From: Azolla caroliniana
Taxonomy: Eukaryota; Plantae; Polypodiophyta
Length of the DNA: 64,000 nucleotides
NCBI GenBank assembly: GCA_043228905.1
Contig: JBHGNT010000001.1
Location: forward strand, 6,200,001-6,264,000
Direction of reading: 5' to 3'
The number at the start of each line of letters is the position of its first letter. Position 1 is the first letter of the stretch. The notes beneath the pieces are model-generated. The model searched no databases, was not told where the DNA came from, and saw nothing but the letters and a program-made list of their open reading frames with translations. Made by a program: the position numbers and the translations under genes. Positions 62,601-64,000 of this stretch are shown piece after piece.

Positions 62601-64000
62601 TCGGTAACTTAGCATGTGCAATCATACTTCGGACCCTTTCCATTACGGTCCGGTTTATTCCCTCGGCTAGCCCATTAAGCTCTGACATCTTCGGCACAGT
62701 ATACTCGAGCCGGATTCCTTGATTTCAGCAATATTCCTCGAACAGTCCACAGTACTCTCCGCCATTGTCCGATCGGATTGCCTTCAGTTTTCGACTGGTT
62801 TCTCTCTTGGCCATCGCTTAGAACTCTTTGAAGACGGATAACACTTGATCCTTCATCTTTAGCATGGAAGCCCACAACTTCCTGCTACAGTCATCAATGA
62901 AGGTCACGAAATACTATGAACCACCATGCGACTTCGTGTCCACATAGCATACGTTCGTATGCACGAGTTCCAACGACATTTTCATCCTCATCAGGGGCCT
63001 AGTTTGGAAGGATGTTCGATTCTACTTACCGGCCAAGCAATCCGTGCACTTCTCAAGTTGCACGTTCTTTACCTCAGGAACGAGGTTGTCCTCACAAGCT
63101 TTCGCATCCCCTTCTGGCTCATATAGCACAACCTCCTATGCCACAGTTCACGGACTGTGTCGGCTGCCACGTTTGCCTCCCCTCGGCATATTTGAGCATT
63201 CATTATGTACAGTGTGTTGGTCTTTCAAGCTCGAGCCACGATCAGACTTCCTCGACAGAACTTCATGACACTATTTCGGATGCTACCTGTGTAGCTTTCA
63301 TCATCTAGCCAACCGGCTGATATTAGGTTCAATCGAACCTCCGGAACGTGTCATACATCTCTCAACACGAGTCTGCACCTGGTTGAGGTTTCCAAACACA
63401 CATCTCCAATGCCGACGATTCAACATGCACCTTCATTTCCCATCATTATGGATCCGAGATCTCCAGCTCTATAGGATGAGAAGTACTTTCGGTTAGGGGT
63501 TAGGTGGAATGACGCACCCGAATCGACCACCCATGTTGATTCTTCACAGGGGAGATTCACTTCGTTTTGCTCACTGATGAGCAACAACTCCTCCTCACTC
63601 GCGGCGATTGCTGAGGTGTTCTTTCTGTCCGGGATTTTGTTCGACTCTACACCATCAGCTCCCCCTTTCTCCTTTCGAAAGTGTCGGTAGTTTTTCTGGA
63701 AGGACCCCGGCTTCCCACAATAGAAGCACGTGGGTCTCCCCCTCGACTTCGACTTGGTCCCCAACTTATCTTGGTTCTGGGGACTTCGATTTCGGCCTTT
63801 TCCCCGAATCGTGTCACCGTTCGTGACTAAAGCCTTGTGGTCGGTATTGGAATCACGGTCGTTCCGCTGAGCTTCTTCATTCAGCAAGCTCGACTTCACC
63901 TGCTCTAGGCATAGATGCTTCCCTTCCGGCCCAACATTGCCCAAAGTGACAGCGAGCGTCTCCCAGCTGTCTTGAAGGGATCCCAACAACAATAACGTTA

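Larger units (their letters stand above)
41846..64000 (-). mobile_element. Ty1/copia element C (outermost): 3' LTR 41846-42375, RH/RT 42530-43810, resumes 61853 (RT start, INT, PR, gag), runs off the window
   Basis: TG...CA LTR followed by PPT (aactccccct); STTEVEY/HCDNQSAI, QLDVKTAFLHGDL, LLLYVEDML, NGLAE.INRT, WVVDSGAS, CFYCGKPG. The frame is continuous across TSD ACCCA. Confidence 0.9.

Overview
Eukaryotic land-plant nuclear DNA, probably a fern or another non-seed vascular plant. That assignment is inferred from a PLS-type PPR fragment, Tcn1-like and tRNA-Trp-primed Ty3/gypsy elements, and a fungal-type TPR protein. The left ~41 kb is gene-bearing. It holds a 6-exon SYF1/XAB2 splicing-factor gene (+), an uncharacterised 'VCPxPRR / GSPPSRAxNP / RIEGFDC' family gene (+) with a spliced uORF-rich leader, SmB (-), and a single-exon 720-aa TPR protein (-). 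It also holds PPR and actin fragments, two hAT-type MITEs, LINE remnants, a rearranged plastid rpl14/rps8 insert and a CpG-decayed tRNA-Thr pseudogene. From 41.4 kb to the end is a nest of about 10 retroelements (LINE < Copia C < Copia A < Copia B and several gypsy elements) that can be resolved from TSDs, LTR ends and primer-binding sites. The most interesting observations are four. (1) The last SYF1 intron is triplicated, with the extra donors changed GT>AT but all three acceptors intact. (2) The 5' leader of the unknown gene contains uORFs sitting on stem-loops. (3) The TPR protein has an acidic linker built from repeated AIM/SIM-like motifs. (4) Two different gypsy LTRs share an outward-facing tRNA-like B-box hairpin and a palindrome at the predicted start site, and one of them shows Tf1-type self-priming complementarity. 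Family assignments come from motif recognition only; no database search was run.
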